The translations under genes and the position numbers were made by a program. Positions 1-9,860 of a stretch of 64,000 nt of DNA are shown here, piece after piece. How positions within the stretch are numbered: position 1 is the first letter of the stretch; the number at the start of each line of letters is the position of its first letter. The notes beneath the pieces were generated by a model. It saw only the letters and a program-made list of their open reading frames with translations. It was not told the origin of the DNA and made no database searches. The DNA lies in NCBI GenBank assembly GCA_965214775.1, contig OZ243974.1, forward strand, positions 1,408,001-1,472,000. The letters are read 5' to 3'. Source of the stretch: Nitrosopumilus sp. (GTDB lineage Archaea > Thermoproteota > Nitrososphaeria > Nitrososphaerales > Nitrosopumilaceae).

Positions 1-621
1 TCTGGTATTTTCTTGCCCGTTTTGCAAGACATATTATGCTAAATAATCTACAAAATGCAAGCAACATGCCGTCTAAAACTTTAGGATGGAACTTCTCTTA
101 CATACTGGATGAGAAAATTGACTGTGATGACAACCTTCAAAAAAATAGACCAGACGTTGAATTTGTCACTAAGATCGATGAAAAGAGTTCCCAACTGGCA
201 ATAACTGGATTTGAGATAAAATCTACAGAGTCAATTCAAGACAATGCTCAACATGACGCTGACCAAAAAGCAAATGCTCTGATGTGGTTGCTGATATCTT
301 CCTCTGGGACATATTCAACACACTCATTACGTGGATACAATGAAATTACAGAATCTGGATCTGGAAAAGTTGTAGCCTGTCTTACATCCAAATACTCTAT
401 TAGAAATAATGCAGTACTGGGCATGTCTGATGACAAATTCCGAGCAATTCTTAATAGATCGGATCAAGACTTGGTTGAAAAAATGCAATTCGTGTCACTG
501 GCCAGACAAGCAGAAAAAACCAGCGATTATGGATCCATAATTAAATATCTTTATCTAGCTTGTGACGAAAAGCCGCCTGAAAATCTTAAAAAATTTAAAT
601 TTTTACGTAACGCAATTTCAC

Positions 622-1773
622 TGTATAGTCCAAAAAGTAGTTCACCCCTTCTCCGAGTGTGTAAAGTCGGTCAGGAGCAGATGTGCAAGCCTGACCCACA
701 CTGGAAGTACAGGTGTGTGGGTCTGGCGACGAAAGCTCCGTAAATACGTGAGTCTTGAGCACCCAAACGGCATGAAGCTAGAGAAAAGCCAAGTACAATG
801 GATAGTGAAAGAAAAGAAAAAGGGCGAGCTTACCAACGCCCAGATAGCCGGAACCATGGACGTGACAGTACGGTGGGTCCAGAAGCTGTGGGCCAGGCAC
901 AAAGGCTGCCCTGCGGCAAGCGAAATATCGCATCCTGCGCCAATGGGAAGGCCCCAGAACGGTCTGCCCGGACGCAGGGAGCACTCTGCAGTCATGTCTG
1001 CCAGACATGCAGAGCACATGGGGGCTGCCGGATTGCAGCAGCGCATAGCGAATCAGACCGGAATCCATATCCCGCACGGCATCATACACAAGATACTGAG
1101 GGACGAGGAGATGGCAGAGGCGCAGCCCAGCAAGGGTACAAGGTACAGGTGGGTCCGATACGAGCGCGATCACTCAAACTCACTGTGGCATACGGACTGG
1201 AAGCAGATCCACGGCGGAATGCACGACGGCAGATGGTTCCTGTGCTACGAGGACGATGCCTCCAGGTTTGTGACCGGATATGGCATCTTTGATAATGCCA
1301 CGACCAAAAACGCCCTGGCAGTGCTTGAGACGGCAATAGAAAAGCACGGCAAGCCGGCCTCGATCATGACAGACCACGGCAGCCAGTTCTATGCCAACGA
1401 GAAAGAGACGGCAGAAAAGAGGGGCGAAGGCGAGTTTGAAAAGAAACTGACAGAACTGGGAATACGGCAGATCCTGGCAGGCGTGGGACGACCCCAGACC
1501 AACGGAAAGGTCGAGCGCCTCCACGGGGAGATCCAGCGCAAGCTGCACGAGTTCGAGGAGATCATGATGAGAAAAAGCGACCCGATAGACCTGTTCATGC
1601 AGTGGTACAATCATGACAGGCCCCACAGGTCGCTGGACTGGGACAATCAGGAGACGCCCGCACAGGCATTTCTCAGAAAGATGCCCAAGGAGGGGGAAAC
1701 CGTTATTGACGGGCAGACAGGAGAGGAGTATGATGTCAGATAAGGGGGGGCGAACTACTTTCTGGATCCCACA
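622..1773 (+). mobile_element. IS481-family element, intact
   Basis: TGT...ACA termini, imperfect TIRs (tccaaaaagtagttcacccc / ggggcgaactactttctgga), 15-bp direct repeat GTAACGCAATTTCAC at 607-621 and 1774-1788. Confidence 0.92.
772..1743 (+). CDS. IS481-family DDE (rve) transposase
   Basis: N-terminal HTH, WHTDWK, DDASR, TDHGSQF, PQTNGKVER motifs. Likely start is ATG 772. Confidence 0.9.
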   Translation: MKLEKSQVQWIVKEKKKGELTNAQIAGTMDVTVRWVQKLWARHKGCPAASEISHPAPMGRPQNGLPGRREHSAVMSARHAEHMGAAGLQQRIANQTGIHIPHGIIHKILRDEEMAEAQPSKGTRYRWVRYERDHSNSLWHTDWKQIHGGMHDGRWFLCYEDDASRFVTGYGIFDNATTKNALAVLETAIEKHGKPASIMTDHGSQFYANEKETAEKRGEGEFEKKLTELGIRQILAGVGRPQTNGKVERLHGEIQRKLHEFEEIMMRKSDPIDLFMQWYNHDRPHRSLDWDNQETPAQAFLRKMPKEGETVIDGQTGEEYDVR

Positions 1774-2141
1774 GTAACGCAATTTCACATAGTGGTCCAT
1801 TACATCCTCGGACAATTGAGGGCTTGAAGGAGGAATTTGGAGAAGATTATTTTAAATTGACTTCTGAAAACATATTCGATTTGAAGTCTAAACGCAATCA
1901 CGTGCATCTAAAATGTCAGACATCTGAATTCTTAAAAGCCATGCATGTGCAATTGAGGAAGGAATTGCAAGATGGTAAATAAACGCATTTTCCTAAAACG
2001 TAACGCACTAAGCTGTACATTCTGCCTGTTCTTACATCATCTAGTGCCTGAGTCTACCTAATGCGTTTGCCCCCATGTCGGCGCTCTGAAATCAACGAAA
2101 AAGCCAAAATTCAATCCAGTCTCCGACATCATAAAACTAAT

Positions 2142-3697
2142 AGACTTTATGCGTAATCGACCGTGATTAAAAATTCCGTAGGCTTTTCCAAACGCAAATG
2201 CGCTGATCGGATCAAATTACCGCATGCATCTCGTGTCATGACGCACGTAAAAGCCAGTTGCGCCAAAAGAACGTGCGCAACCATGCAGCACGGCAATGTG
2301 CCCCGCTGACAAGTCAGAAAGAATGGCGGTCCGTACCGCCGTATGTCATGTGTCTGGCAGCAGATGCAGCTGCTGCAGCAGCTGGCCGTAGTATTTTTTC
2401 CTTTTCAACATCGTCTTGAGGTTCTCAAGACCCGTGATTATCTGCATGAAATAGTTTAGATCCCCGGCAGTCCCGCCAAACGGCATGGTAAGAATGCCAT
2501 ATCTTTTGAGCCGCCCTATGTGGTGCTCCACTCTGACGCGGACCCTGCTTATCTGCTTGCGGCGCCTCTTTTGCGTTGCAGTAAGATCCCCGTCCCTGGG
2601 CTTCTTTGGGGGCTGCCTGTGTATGGCGCCCGGAAGCATCTTTTGAATGCCCTCAAATCCCAGGTCGCTGTAAATCACAAACGCCTCTTCCGGATCGTCT
2701 GCGTTTTTTGCATTCCTCATTGATCCGGTGTGCCTTCCAAAGTCCGGGCCGCCCCCTGCGTTCATCACGCCCTTGTCGTTGACGCTTCCGTCCACAGTCT
2801 TGCCGCAGTGCAGTATGAGGCCGTCCAGGTTCGAGGTAATTATCGTGTTGAACATGTGCCGCTTTTTTCTTCCCGAATATCTGGTCTTTCTTGCGGTCCT
2901 GTCCCCGGGCCTGTCTACCGGAGTCAGGGTGCCGTCAATCAGGAGCGTCTTTTTTGGGATCAGCACCTCCTCCAGCTTGCCTGCCGGGGTCTTGCAGATG
3001 ATGCTTGTTAGCTTTTCGGAGGCAGGCAGGAGCCGGCGCAGTAACACGGCACCGTACCGGAGGTACCTGGACATTGTGGACTGGTCGACGTCAAATGTCG
3101 CAGCCAGATGATGCTGCGTTGCCTTGGTCCTTATGCTCATGAGTACTGCAAGCAGCGCGTGCCTGATGTACAGCTTGCACCGGTTTCCGGCATCGCCGCC
3201 TCTTACGTCGTCCTCCCAGAACAGGGGCCTGTCCTCGTCGTCCATGACTTCTTCCGTAAAGCGCTCCAGTATGATCGTAAATGACTCCTTTGTGCATCCC
3301 GTGACGTTGCGAAGGCGCACCGGATCGCCGATTATGCCGTCTGCAACCTCGATTGCGTGCATCCGCAGAGGCGTCCCGCCGCGCACGACTCTTTTTGTCT
3401 TGTTTTCTTCGGACTGCCACAACGAGTCCTCAAACGCAAGCTGCTTCCTCATACGCTCGTTTTGCTTGGACATCTGTTTGTTTTGCTTGGATACCTGCTC
3501 GTGTTGCTCGACTAGCATCTCGTGTTGCTCGACTAGCATCTCGTGTTGCGCTTGTAACGCTTGAAATGCTTGGAGAGTCTTGTCATTTGAGCCCATACAG
3601 TTAGGGAATCATACAGATCTTTAGGGTTGTTGGTGTGCAAATAATGATCTATTGTGTCGTATTTTTAGATCAGATGGGCCGATTACGCATAAAGTCT
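2142..3697 (-). mobile_element. IS5-family (ISL2-like, DDE_Tnp_4) element, copy 1
   Basis: TIR AGACTTTATGCGTAATCG at both ends, 3-bp AAT target duplication; near-identical copy at 33868-36560. Confidence 0.9.
2346..3596 (-). CDS. IS5/ISL2-like transposase with N-terminal coiled coil
   Basis: LIDGT, YSGRKKRH, SDLGFEG, RVRVEHHIGRLK motifs; HTH_Tnp_4-like LAATFDVDQSTMSR. Confidence 0.9.
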   Translation of the reverse strand: MGSNDKTLQAFQALQAQHEMLVEQHEMLVEQHEQVSKQNKQMSKQNERMRKQLAFEDSLWQSEENKTKRVVRGGTPLRMHAIEVADGIIGDPVRLRNVTGCTKESFTIILERFTEEVMDDEDRPLFWEDDVRGGDAGNRCKLYIRHALLAVLMSIRTKATQHHLAATFDVDQSTMSRYLRYGAVLLRRLLPASEKLTSIICKTPAGKLEEVLIPKKTLLIDGTLTPVDRPGDRTARKTRYSGRKKRHMFNTIITSNLDGLILHCGKTVDGSVNDKGVMNAGGGPDFGRHTGSMRNAKNADDPEEAFVIYSDLGFEGIQKMLPGAIHRQPPKKPRDGDLTATQKRRRKQISRVRVRVEHHIGRLKRYGILTMPFGGTAGDLNYFMQIITGLENLKTMLKRKKYYGQLLQQLHLLPDT

Positions 3698-3757
3698 AAT
3701 GCAAGAGTGTCGTCTCACCGCATACAAATCACAGATGACATCTCTGCACCATCCCTG

Positions 3758-3862
3758 TCACGTAAAATGCTTGAAGCATTTCGAGCATTGCAGCACCGCC
3801 CCCTTCGGCTTCCTCGTGGCAAACTCGTGGCCGCACTGGCATTTGACTATTCGCAATCCCAT
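3758..3862 (-). CDS. 34-aa zinc-ribbon microprotein
   Basis: MGLRIVKCQCGHEFATRKPKGAVLQCSKCFKHFT*; CxC...CxxC pattern; below the ORF-track size cutoff. Confidence 0.5.
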   Translation of the reverse strand: MGLRIVKCQCGHEFATRKPKGAVLQCSKCFKHFT

Positions 3863-4061
3863 TGATCTCTCACCGCCCCTTTCTTCTTATCGCATACGTA
3901 TATAATAACCACAGGATCAGCTGCCATTTCATCACTCGTCACAATTGCACCAGAATGACAGTCCTTCATAATCCCTCACACCATATTACAGCATATTGTA
4001 TTATATACTTATAGCATAAGTATCCCATAACCTATTTATTATACCATACTTATGGCATAAC

Positions 4062-4208
4062 ATGAATCAGACAAACGCAATAACTGATGCACTGGACAAG
4101 ATGGTGCAGCAGATGAGACGGGACTGTGATCATTATTTTCAGGACAGAGTCACGGTTCCCGGCGTGGGCGTATGGTGCGGCAGATGCGGGGAGAGGTTTG
4201 AGAATTGA
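4062..4208 (+). CDS. 48-aa virus-like zinc-finger microprotein
   Basis: MNQTNAITDALDKMVQQMRRDCDHYF...WCGRCGERFEN*, after an AT-rich promoter-like stretch (3985-4050). Confidence 0.5.
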   Translation: MNQTNAITDALDKMVQQMRRDCDHYFQDRVTVPGVGVWCGRCGERFEN

Positions 4209-4213
4209 ACCCC

Positions 4214-4381
4214 ATGCAACAGCAGCTGGCAATCAAGGTCACCAAAACCCAAATCAGAAGAATAGAGGCTCAGATCAAAAAGCTGAGAAGATGCGAGCAC
4301 TACTATGCCGCAGACACACTGCAGGTGTCCCTAGCATGCCAGAAGAGCCACCTGGCAAAACTGGAGGCCGGACAGCAATGA
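4214..4381 (+). CDS. 55-aa hypothetical coiled-coil protein
   Basis: MQQQLAIKVTKTQIRRIEAQIKKLRR...; its stop overlaps the next ATG (ATGA). Confidence 0.5.
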   Translation: MQQQLAIKVTKTQIRRIEAQIKKLRRCEHYYAADTLQVSLACQKSHLAKLEAGQQ

Positions 4382-4851
4382 ACGTAGGGCACGTCCCAAA
4401 GTCTAGGATCGGCCCATACTGGCGTGCGGACTTTGATCATTCCGGCGCGTCGGGATATGTGGCAGTTGCCCAGACCCAAAGGGGCGTGCGCCAGATGGCA
4501 ATACGAAAGATGCACAAGCTGCTAAAGGCAGGCCATAAAGTCTTCTGGGGCCCGTGCCGTGAATACAGCATCATGCAGCAGACCGACGACTATGACGGCA
4601 ACTGCGCAAAGTACATAGAGGAATGGTACGAGGTTCGCACACCTGACGGCAGGATGATAGTATCAAACCGGAGGCGCAGAAAAAATCCGGGATGCCAAGA
4701 CAACTTTGGCGAGTGCGAGATCTGCCACAAAAAGGCAATGAACACGGCAAAGGCATACAACCGATTCCACAAGCGGGATCTGACGCTCTGCAGACGCTGC
4801 ATGACTGCAAACAGGCTGGCAAACAAGATGTGCGGAGGCGTTCGACAGTAA
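4378..4851 (+). CDS. virus-like hypothetical protein with C-terminal CxxC...CxxC finger
   Basis: CEIC...CRRC; translationally coupled to the upstream ORF. Confidence 0.6.
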   Translation: MNVGHVPKSRIGPYWRADFDHSGASGYVAVAQTQRGVRQMAIRKMHKLLKAGHKVFWGPCREYSIMQQTDDYDGNCAKYIEEWYEVRTPDGRMIVSNRRRRKNPGCQDNFGECEICHKKAMNTAKAYNRFHKRDLTLCRRCMTANRLANKMCGGVRQ

Positions 4852-4853
4852 TC

Positions 4854-5246
4854 ATGTCCCTGCCAGCTCAATTCAATCAGACCTGTAAGGTCTGCGGCAC
4901 TCAAATAAAGAAGGGTGACGGCATATACAAGGTAAACGGGCACTGGTGTTCCGATCCCGCATGCGGGTCTGCGGCGCAGGAAGGACCGGGGGCACGGACA
5001 GCAGAGAGGACAGATGCGCCGCAGGCAAAAACCGGCAATGACGCTGCGGTGGCAACGGCAACAACGGCAACAACAGCTGCAGGATACGCCAAGGTGCACG
5101 ACGAGGCATGGGCCTTTGCGCTGGGGCGGGCCAAAGGGGTCTGGCCCGGAAGCGATTCTGACAGTGCAAGACAGCGCAGCATCCTGGCGCAGGTCTTCTA
5201 CAAGAAATGCATGGACTGGGAGATCCACCATCATGTCCCTTTCTGA
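4854..5246 (+). CDS. virus-like zinc-finger protein
   Basis: MSLPAQFNQTCKVCG...HWCSDPAC, Ala/Thr linker, small C-terminal helical region. Confidence 0.6.
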   Translation: MSLPAQFNQTCKVCGTQIKKGDGIYKVNGHWCSDPACGSAAQEGPGARTAERTDAPQAKTGNDAAVATATTATTAAGYAKVHDEAWAFALGRAKGVWPGSDSDSARQRSILAQVFYKKCMDWEIHHHVPF

Positions 5247-5348
5247 CTAGACGATACATCTTGAGGACTGCCGGCAGAACGTCACCCGTGATCTGTCATC
5301 ATCTTCGTTAATAATTCTTTTTTATGTGACTGGCACCTCATCATAATA

Positions 5349-5873
5349 TTGACTGATCTGACATACAAACAAAAAGAAAAAATCTGTAGGAAATGGTGCA
5401 GTAGGGAAAACTCCATTGAACTGATCAGTGATGATGTGATGCTGCAAAGGCTAGATGGGGAATATTTCAGCCGTTTTCAGTTTGATATTGCGTCCCGTCG
5501 CAACAGGCGTGAATATGAAAAAGACCAATTGGAAGCTAGGAAGTTGAAAAACAGCTCTACACGGCCCATTGAACTGCAAGCTATGTTGGCATCAGCCAAA
5601 CATATGGGCTTGGATCCAAGCAAGCCAGACAAAAGGGAAATTCTAGGAATGGTAAAATCCGGCACGCATCATACGAATCTTGTCACATTTCACAAAATTC
5701 TAAGCGATTGCTATCTGCTAAGCAAGGCAGAGGCCGACAAAAAATACATGATACTGACTGACAAGGTGACGTATGATCATTTTCATAAAAGATGCAAGGC
5801 AATCATGGGCGAAATTGAGCTGGTCTATCTCGATACAGATGAGCACAGACATCTGCTGGACGGCCCGGACTGA
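5349..5873 (+). CDS. hypothetical protein, possibly PD-(D/E)xK nuclease-like
   Basis: AT-richer ORF; FDIAS...GMVKS...KILSDCYLL...KYMILTD is only loosely nuclease-like. Confidence 0.4.
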   Translation: MTDLTYKQKEKICRKWCSRENSIELISDDVMLQRLDGEYFSRFQFDIASRRNRREYEKDQLEARKLKNSSTRPIELQAMLASAKHMGLDPSKPDKREILGMVKSGTHHTNLVTFHKILSDCYLLSKAEADKKYMILTDKVTYDHFHKRCKAIMGEIELVYLDTDEHRHLLDGPD

Positions 5874-5902
5874 GCCTGCGATACCCGTCATAGCGTTGCC
5901 GG

Positions 5903-6056
5903 AGAGGTGATTCGAAATTAGCATATTCGGATCATGCATAAACCAACTTACATTAAATCAATCAAAATGTCTGCAAATGAAAGTTATCTGTGAAATTACT
6001 TGAGAAATGCACGGAAAAATCCTATCATTTGCAGTTTCTAATTTCGGATCACTTCT
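5903..6056. mobile_element. MITE family G (AGAG-TGAT-CGAAATTAG TIRs), diverged copy
   Basis: TIRs shared with copies at 11925, 29999 and 57879. Confidence 0.7.
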
Positions 6057-8279
6057 CAGGAAAAATTGGACAATCCCGAACCGCCCATAAACAGTAAAAT
6101 ACATCTGAATCATTCATAGCACACATGAGACTTCTTCTGTGGGCTGTTCCGGCAGTAGCCATAACAATACTCGGACTAGCTGCAGTAACCACCACCGGGG
6201 GTGGTGGTGGTACCATTGAACAGTATGAGGCAACACCGCACAAAGTCGTAGAAGGAAAAGGCACAGCCACTACTTCCACAATGGTCGTAGTTCCCGAGAC
6301 CTACGAGGTGCGGTCGTTTACTGCTCCAGTCAAATCAGATGCTGTGCATGCCGGGCCAGGTGACGCCTTTGCACCACCACTGGACCTTCCATCTTGGGAG
6401 GCAGATGCGCAGATTCTAGACGAGATCGAGGTAAAGGAATGGAGGTTTAGTAATCACGGTGGCGTCAATTTCTGGGCCGTAGTGCCAAAATCTCCTGACG
6501 ACGACCTGTTTGGACTCGGTGAATACAAGATAGCGCGCATTGACCGGGACGACGGGACGCAGACCGTCTGGACGGCGCCGGAGGGGTGGCGATTATCTGC
6601 TGGACCTTCTCATGTAACCGGCTTTGTAGACGGATCCAAGGTCTTCTTCAGTCAGGACAACCGTATGGCATCCTTTGATCCTGCAACCGGAACCTTCACC
6701 AGCTGGCCTGATGTGGACTATCGTGTGAATCATCAACGGTATATGCCGTATGATGACGCAGTTTATGGATCTATGCCAAGTGGGTATAATCATCCACGTG
6801 TGGCGAACCCGCTTGGCAATCTTACCATCGAGAGTATCCATTATCACAACTCACAGTATTCGATCAATGTAGACGGTGCCTCCGGATATGTAACCGCCGA
6901 ACTTACGACTCCGTCAGGCCATACACTGGTAACCGATACAGGAATTGCCAGTCCTGATGGATTCTCTCAAATTTACGCTAATTTTGCTAAAGACACTTCA
7001 GATCTCGACGTGGGAACTTATGAGGTGCGGGTGACGGACTGGGCTCAGGATGTCGTGCTGCAGTTCGAGGTTGAATTGCAAGGACAAACAACCTACACAA
7101 TAGCAGATTATGACTCGCCAAACAGATCATACGTGGTCTTTATGCAGAAATTTGATCCAGATGGCAACACTGTAACGTATTACTATACGGACGAATTGCT
7201 TCACCACCCTTCACTCCAACAGGTAGGTCCTTCCGGTGCGTTTTTTGCCTCGCACTCAAACATTCTAAGATTTGTTCCTAATGACGACGGGGGCGGTGTA
7301 CTCACTCACTGGGATCTAGGTGGCGGAATCCGGGTTGGTTCGATTGCCATTCACGAAGAAAAAATTTATTTCGGCAATCATATCGGGCGCCACACGGCCA
7401 ACATTGTCGAACTTGACACCTCCACGGGCCAGGTAACCGAGATTACAGTGCCATACGCTTGTGAGATTGACATACATCCCAGAATAGCTGATAGCGCGGG
7501 AAACGTGTTTTCTAGCGGGTGTGATCGTCAGTCTCTTCACAAGTTCGTGCCGTCCACTACCACGTTTACCAAATTTAACGGAGCTCCGTCTCCTTCTCGG
7601 ATTGATTCAGACGATACGATGTACTATGCAGATCGTAGTCTGGTAGGCACGATAAAACTACTGCCAGTCGTCCCGATAAAGGCATCCATAACGACAAATT
7701 TCTATCACTACCCGGGCCACGGCACGTTTGCACGGACAGACAAATCAAACGAATTAGAATATCACGTCGTATATGACCGTAATGTTCGAGGTTTTGACTC
7801 TAACGACATTCTGGTATCGGGGCTGGGCGGTTATGTCAATTCATGGGGCAGGTCTCACGGTACTCTCTATGGATTTACTGTGCCAGTCACAAGCAACGGC
7901 ACGATAACGGTAGGGGTCGGGGAGGGCGCCGCAGCGGATCGGCGTGGCATTCCTACAGAGTCTGCAACACATGCAGCAGACATAATAACTGACCGGATCC
8001 CCCCGCGCGTACTTGACGTGACGCTGTCCAGCGACACGAGCACCGTAGTTACAGTCAGGATGTCAGAGCAGGTGGTGAATGAAGACTTGTTAGAGTATGA
8101 CGATGAAAAAGGATGGTATGCGTGGCCCGGTGGTGTAAACCTCTTCAATCACACATCCGCTGGCTGGTATATGGATCCGAGAGATGAGCTTGACCCACAA
8201 CGTGCCGAAGTCCAGTTCGGACTCGGCTCGTCGGCTCAGGGTTGTGAGGAGACCAATGAGTGCTACATCCCGTACGAGG

Positions 8280-9418
8280 GGGGTTGTTTCCTAATTCACT
8301 TCATGCTGCCTCCACCGGTATCCCGAGATTTGCGGCACACTTGAGTCTGTTTAGCACCTCAAGGTTCCACCCTATTGCCTTGCACAAACCGAACCTTCGG
8401 CGGGTAGATGCCTTTCTGAACCTGCACATCAGCCTGTGGTTCTCTGCCTCCTCTGCACCAAAGATTCCCTCTATTGTTGCGCGCATCTTGTAGGATTCCG
8501 GATCAAACATCTTGGAAGCTTCCTTTCTGTGTTTCTTTTTGGTGTGGACTGCATTGGCCCTTAGTTTGATGTTTGGTTTCATTCCAGATTCCTTGAGGAG
8601 CCTTACGTTCTCATCTGAATCGTATCCCCTGTCGGCGTTGAAGATGCCGGAGAATCCTAGTCCGATCCTCTTGATCTTCTGCAACAGTGATCTTAGGACG
8701 GTGGTGTCTGCCATTTTGTCCGAGGTAATCTGGCATGCCAGGATTACCTGCAGGCCCAGTACGGATGCCACATGCCACTTTAGGTACTGTTTGTAGGGCT
8801 TGGCCTTTCTCTTTCTTTCGGCCTTTTTTGCACCCGATTCGTGCGTAATATCGGCCTTTTTGTCCGTCTTTTTTGGCTTGAGATCCTTTCTCTTTTTGTT
8901 CTTGTCGTACCTGTCAGTAACGACGCCGGTGCTGTCGGCTGCAAGCTTGAGTGCAGACATGTCAAATCCTGCAAGGCATCTGCGTGCAGTCTCTGATATC
9001 ATCCCCTCAAGCCACTTGCCAGGAATCTTTGGCAGGAACTTGCACAGGGTGACGTGGTCTGGCACCGGTTCGTCGTTCCAGCGAGGCAGTTTTAGAAAGT
9101 GCGCAAGACACTGCGTGTCACGGTACGTCAGATCTAGGCAGACCATCAAAATGCACAGGCAGGCCAGCTTGTCACGGCTGTGGACTGTCGGCCGTCCCGG
9201 TCCGGAACTGACCTTCTTTACGGGACATGGGTTCTCCACTATCAAAGAAACTATATTGGATAGGAGAAACACCATTTCTTGGGTGTGGGCAGCATGGTAA
9301 TACTTCCAGTACCCATCGCGTCTCTTATGTTCCGTCATTAGAGAACCACGCCCGTTCTGATCAATATAGTGTAGACTCTAGAAAATTAGACTAAATTGCC
9401 GAATTAGGAAACAACCCC
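8280..9418 (-). mobile_element. IS5/IS4-superfamily (DDE_Tnp_1) element, intact
   Basis: TIR GGGGTTGTTTCCTAATTC; 9-bp TSD CGTACGAGG (8271-8279, 9419-9427). Confidence 0.9.
8301..9338 (-). CDS. DDE_Tnp_1 transposase
   Basis: PDHVTL, ADSTG, KWH, ADRGYDS, YKMRATIEGIFG motifs. Confidence 0.88.
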   Translation of the reverse strand: MTEHKRRDGYWKYYHAAHTQEMVFLLSNIVSLIVENPCPVKKVSSGPGRPTVHSRDKLACLCILMVCLDLTYRDTQCLAHFLKLPRWNDEPVPDHVTLCKFLPKIPGKWLEGMISETARRCLAGFDMSALKLAADSTGVVTDRYDKNKKRKDLKPKKTDKKADITHESGAKKAERKRKAKPYKQYLKWHVASVLGLQVILACQITSDKMADTTVLRSLLQKIKRIGLGFSGIFNADRGYDSDENVRLLKESGMKPNIKLRANAVHTKKKHRKEASKMFDPESYKMRATIEGIFGAEEAENHRLMCRFRKASTRRRFGLCKAIGWNLEVLNRLKCAANLGIPVEAA

Positions 9419-9860
9419 CGTACGAGGTGACGGTCCGTGTCACCGCCCTCCCATCAGACGGAACCGGACATGTAATCTGGGTCAACGGTGATAATACGGG
9501 CCATACCGTGACGGCAGGCGACCCGGACGTTGACGCAAGTGCAATCGGCGAGAGCTACCCGAACGGCTTTGACAGCGGTACCATATCCCCCGGAGGACAA
9601 TACGATGTTTACTTCCATCATGCCGGAACGTACCCGTACTTTTGCTCGATTCATCCGTGGATGAAAGGCATTGTGAACGCGTATCCTGAATACCTAGAGG
9701 CCAGCAAAGCGTCGATAAGCAATGACGCCATAACCATTACGTTTAACGAACAGATATCTGAATGGGCACAGTCGCCGACGATGTGGGGAGGTAGTGACCT
9801 TCAGGATCTGGCCGGACACGGTATGGGTCATCTCGAGTTTGATCTCCCGATAAACTGACG

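Larger units (their letters stand above)
36..1982 (+). pseudogene. HEPN-domain protein (putative RNase toxin/defence protein) split by IS481
   Basis: Removing the IS (622-1773) and one 15-bp TSD copy rejoins the frame: ...KFKFLRNAISHSGPLHPRTIEG...LQDGK*, stop 1980-1982. RNAISH fits the HEPN Rx4H motif. Confidence 0.7.
6125..9858 (+). pseudogene. secreted beta-propeller/Ig-like/cupredoxin surface protein split by IS
   Basis: Signal peptide. Removing the IS at 8280-9418 restores GCEETNECYIPYEVTV, continuing into a type-1 copper motif (HTVT...YFCSIHPWMKG). Confidence 0.8.
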
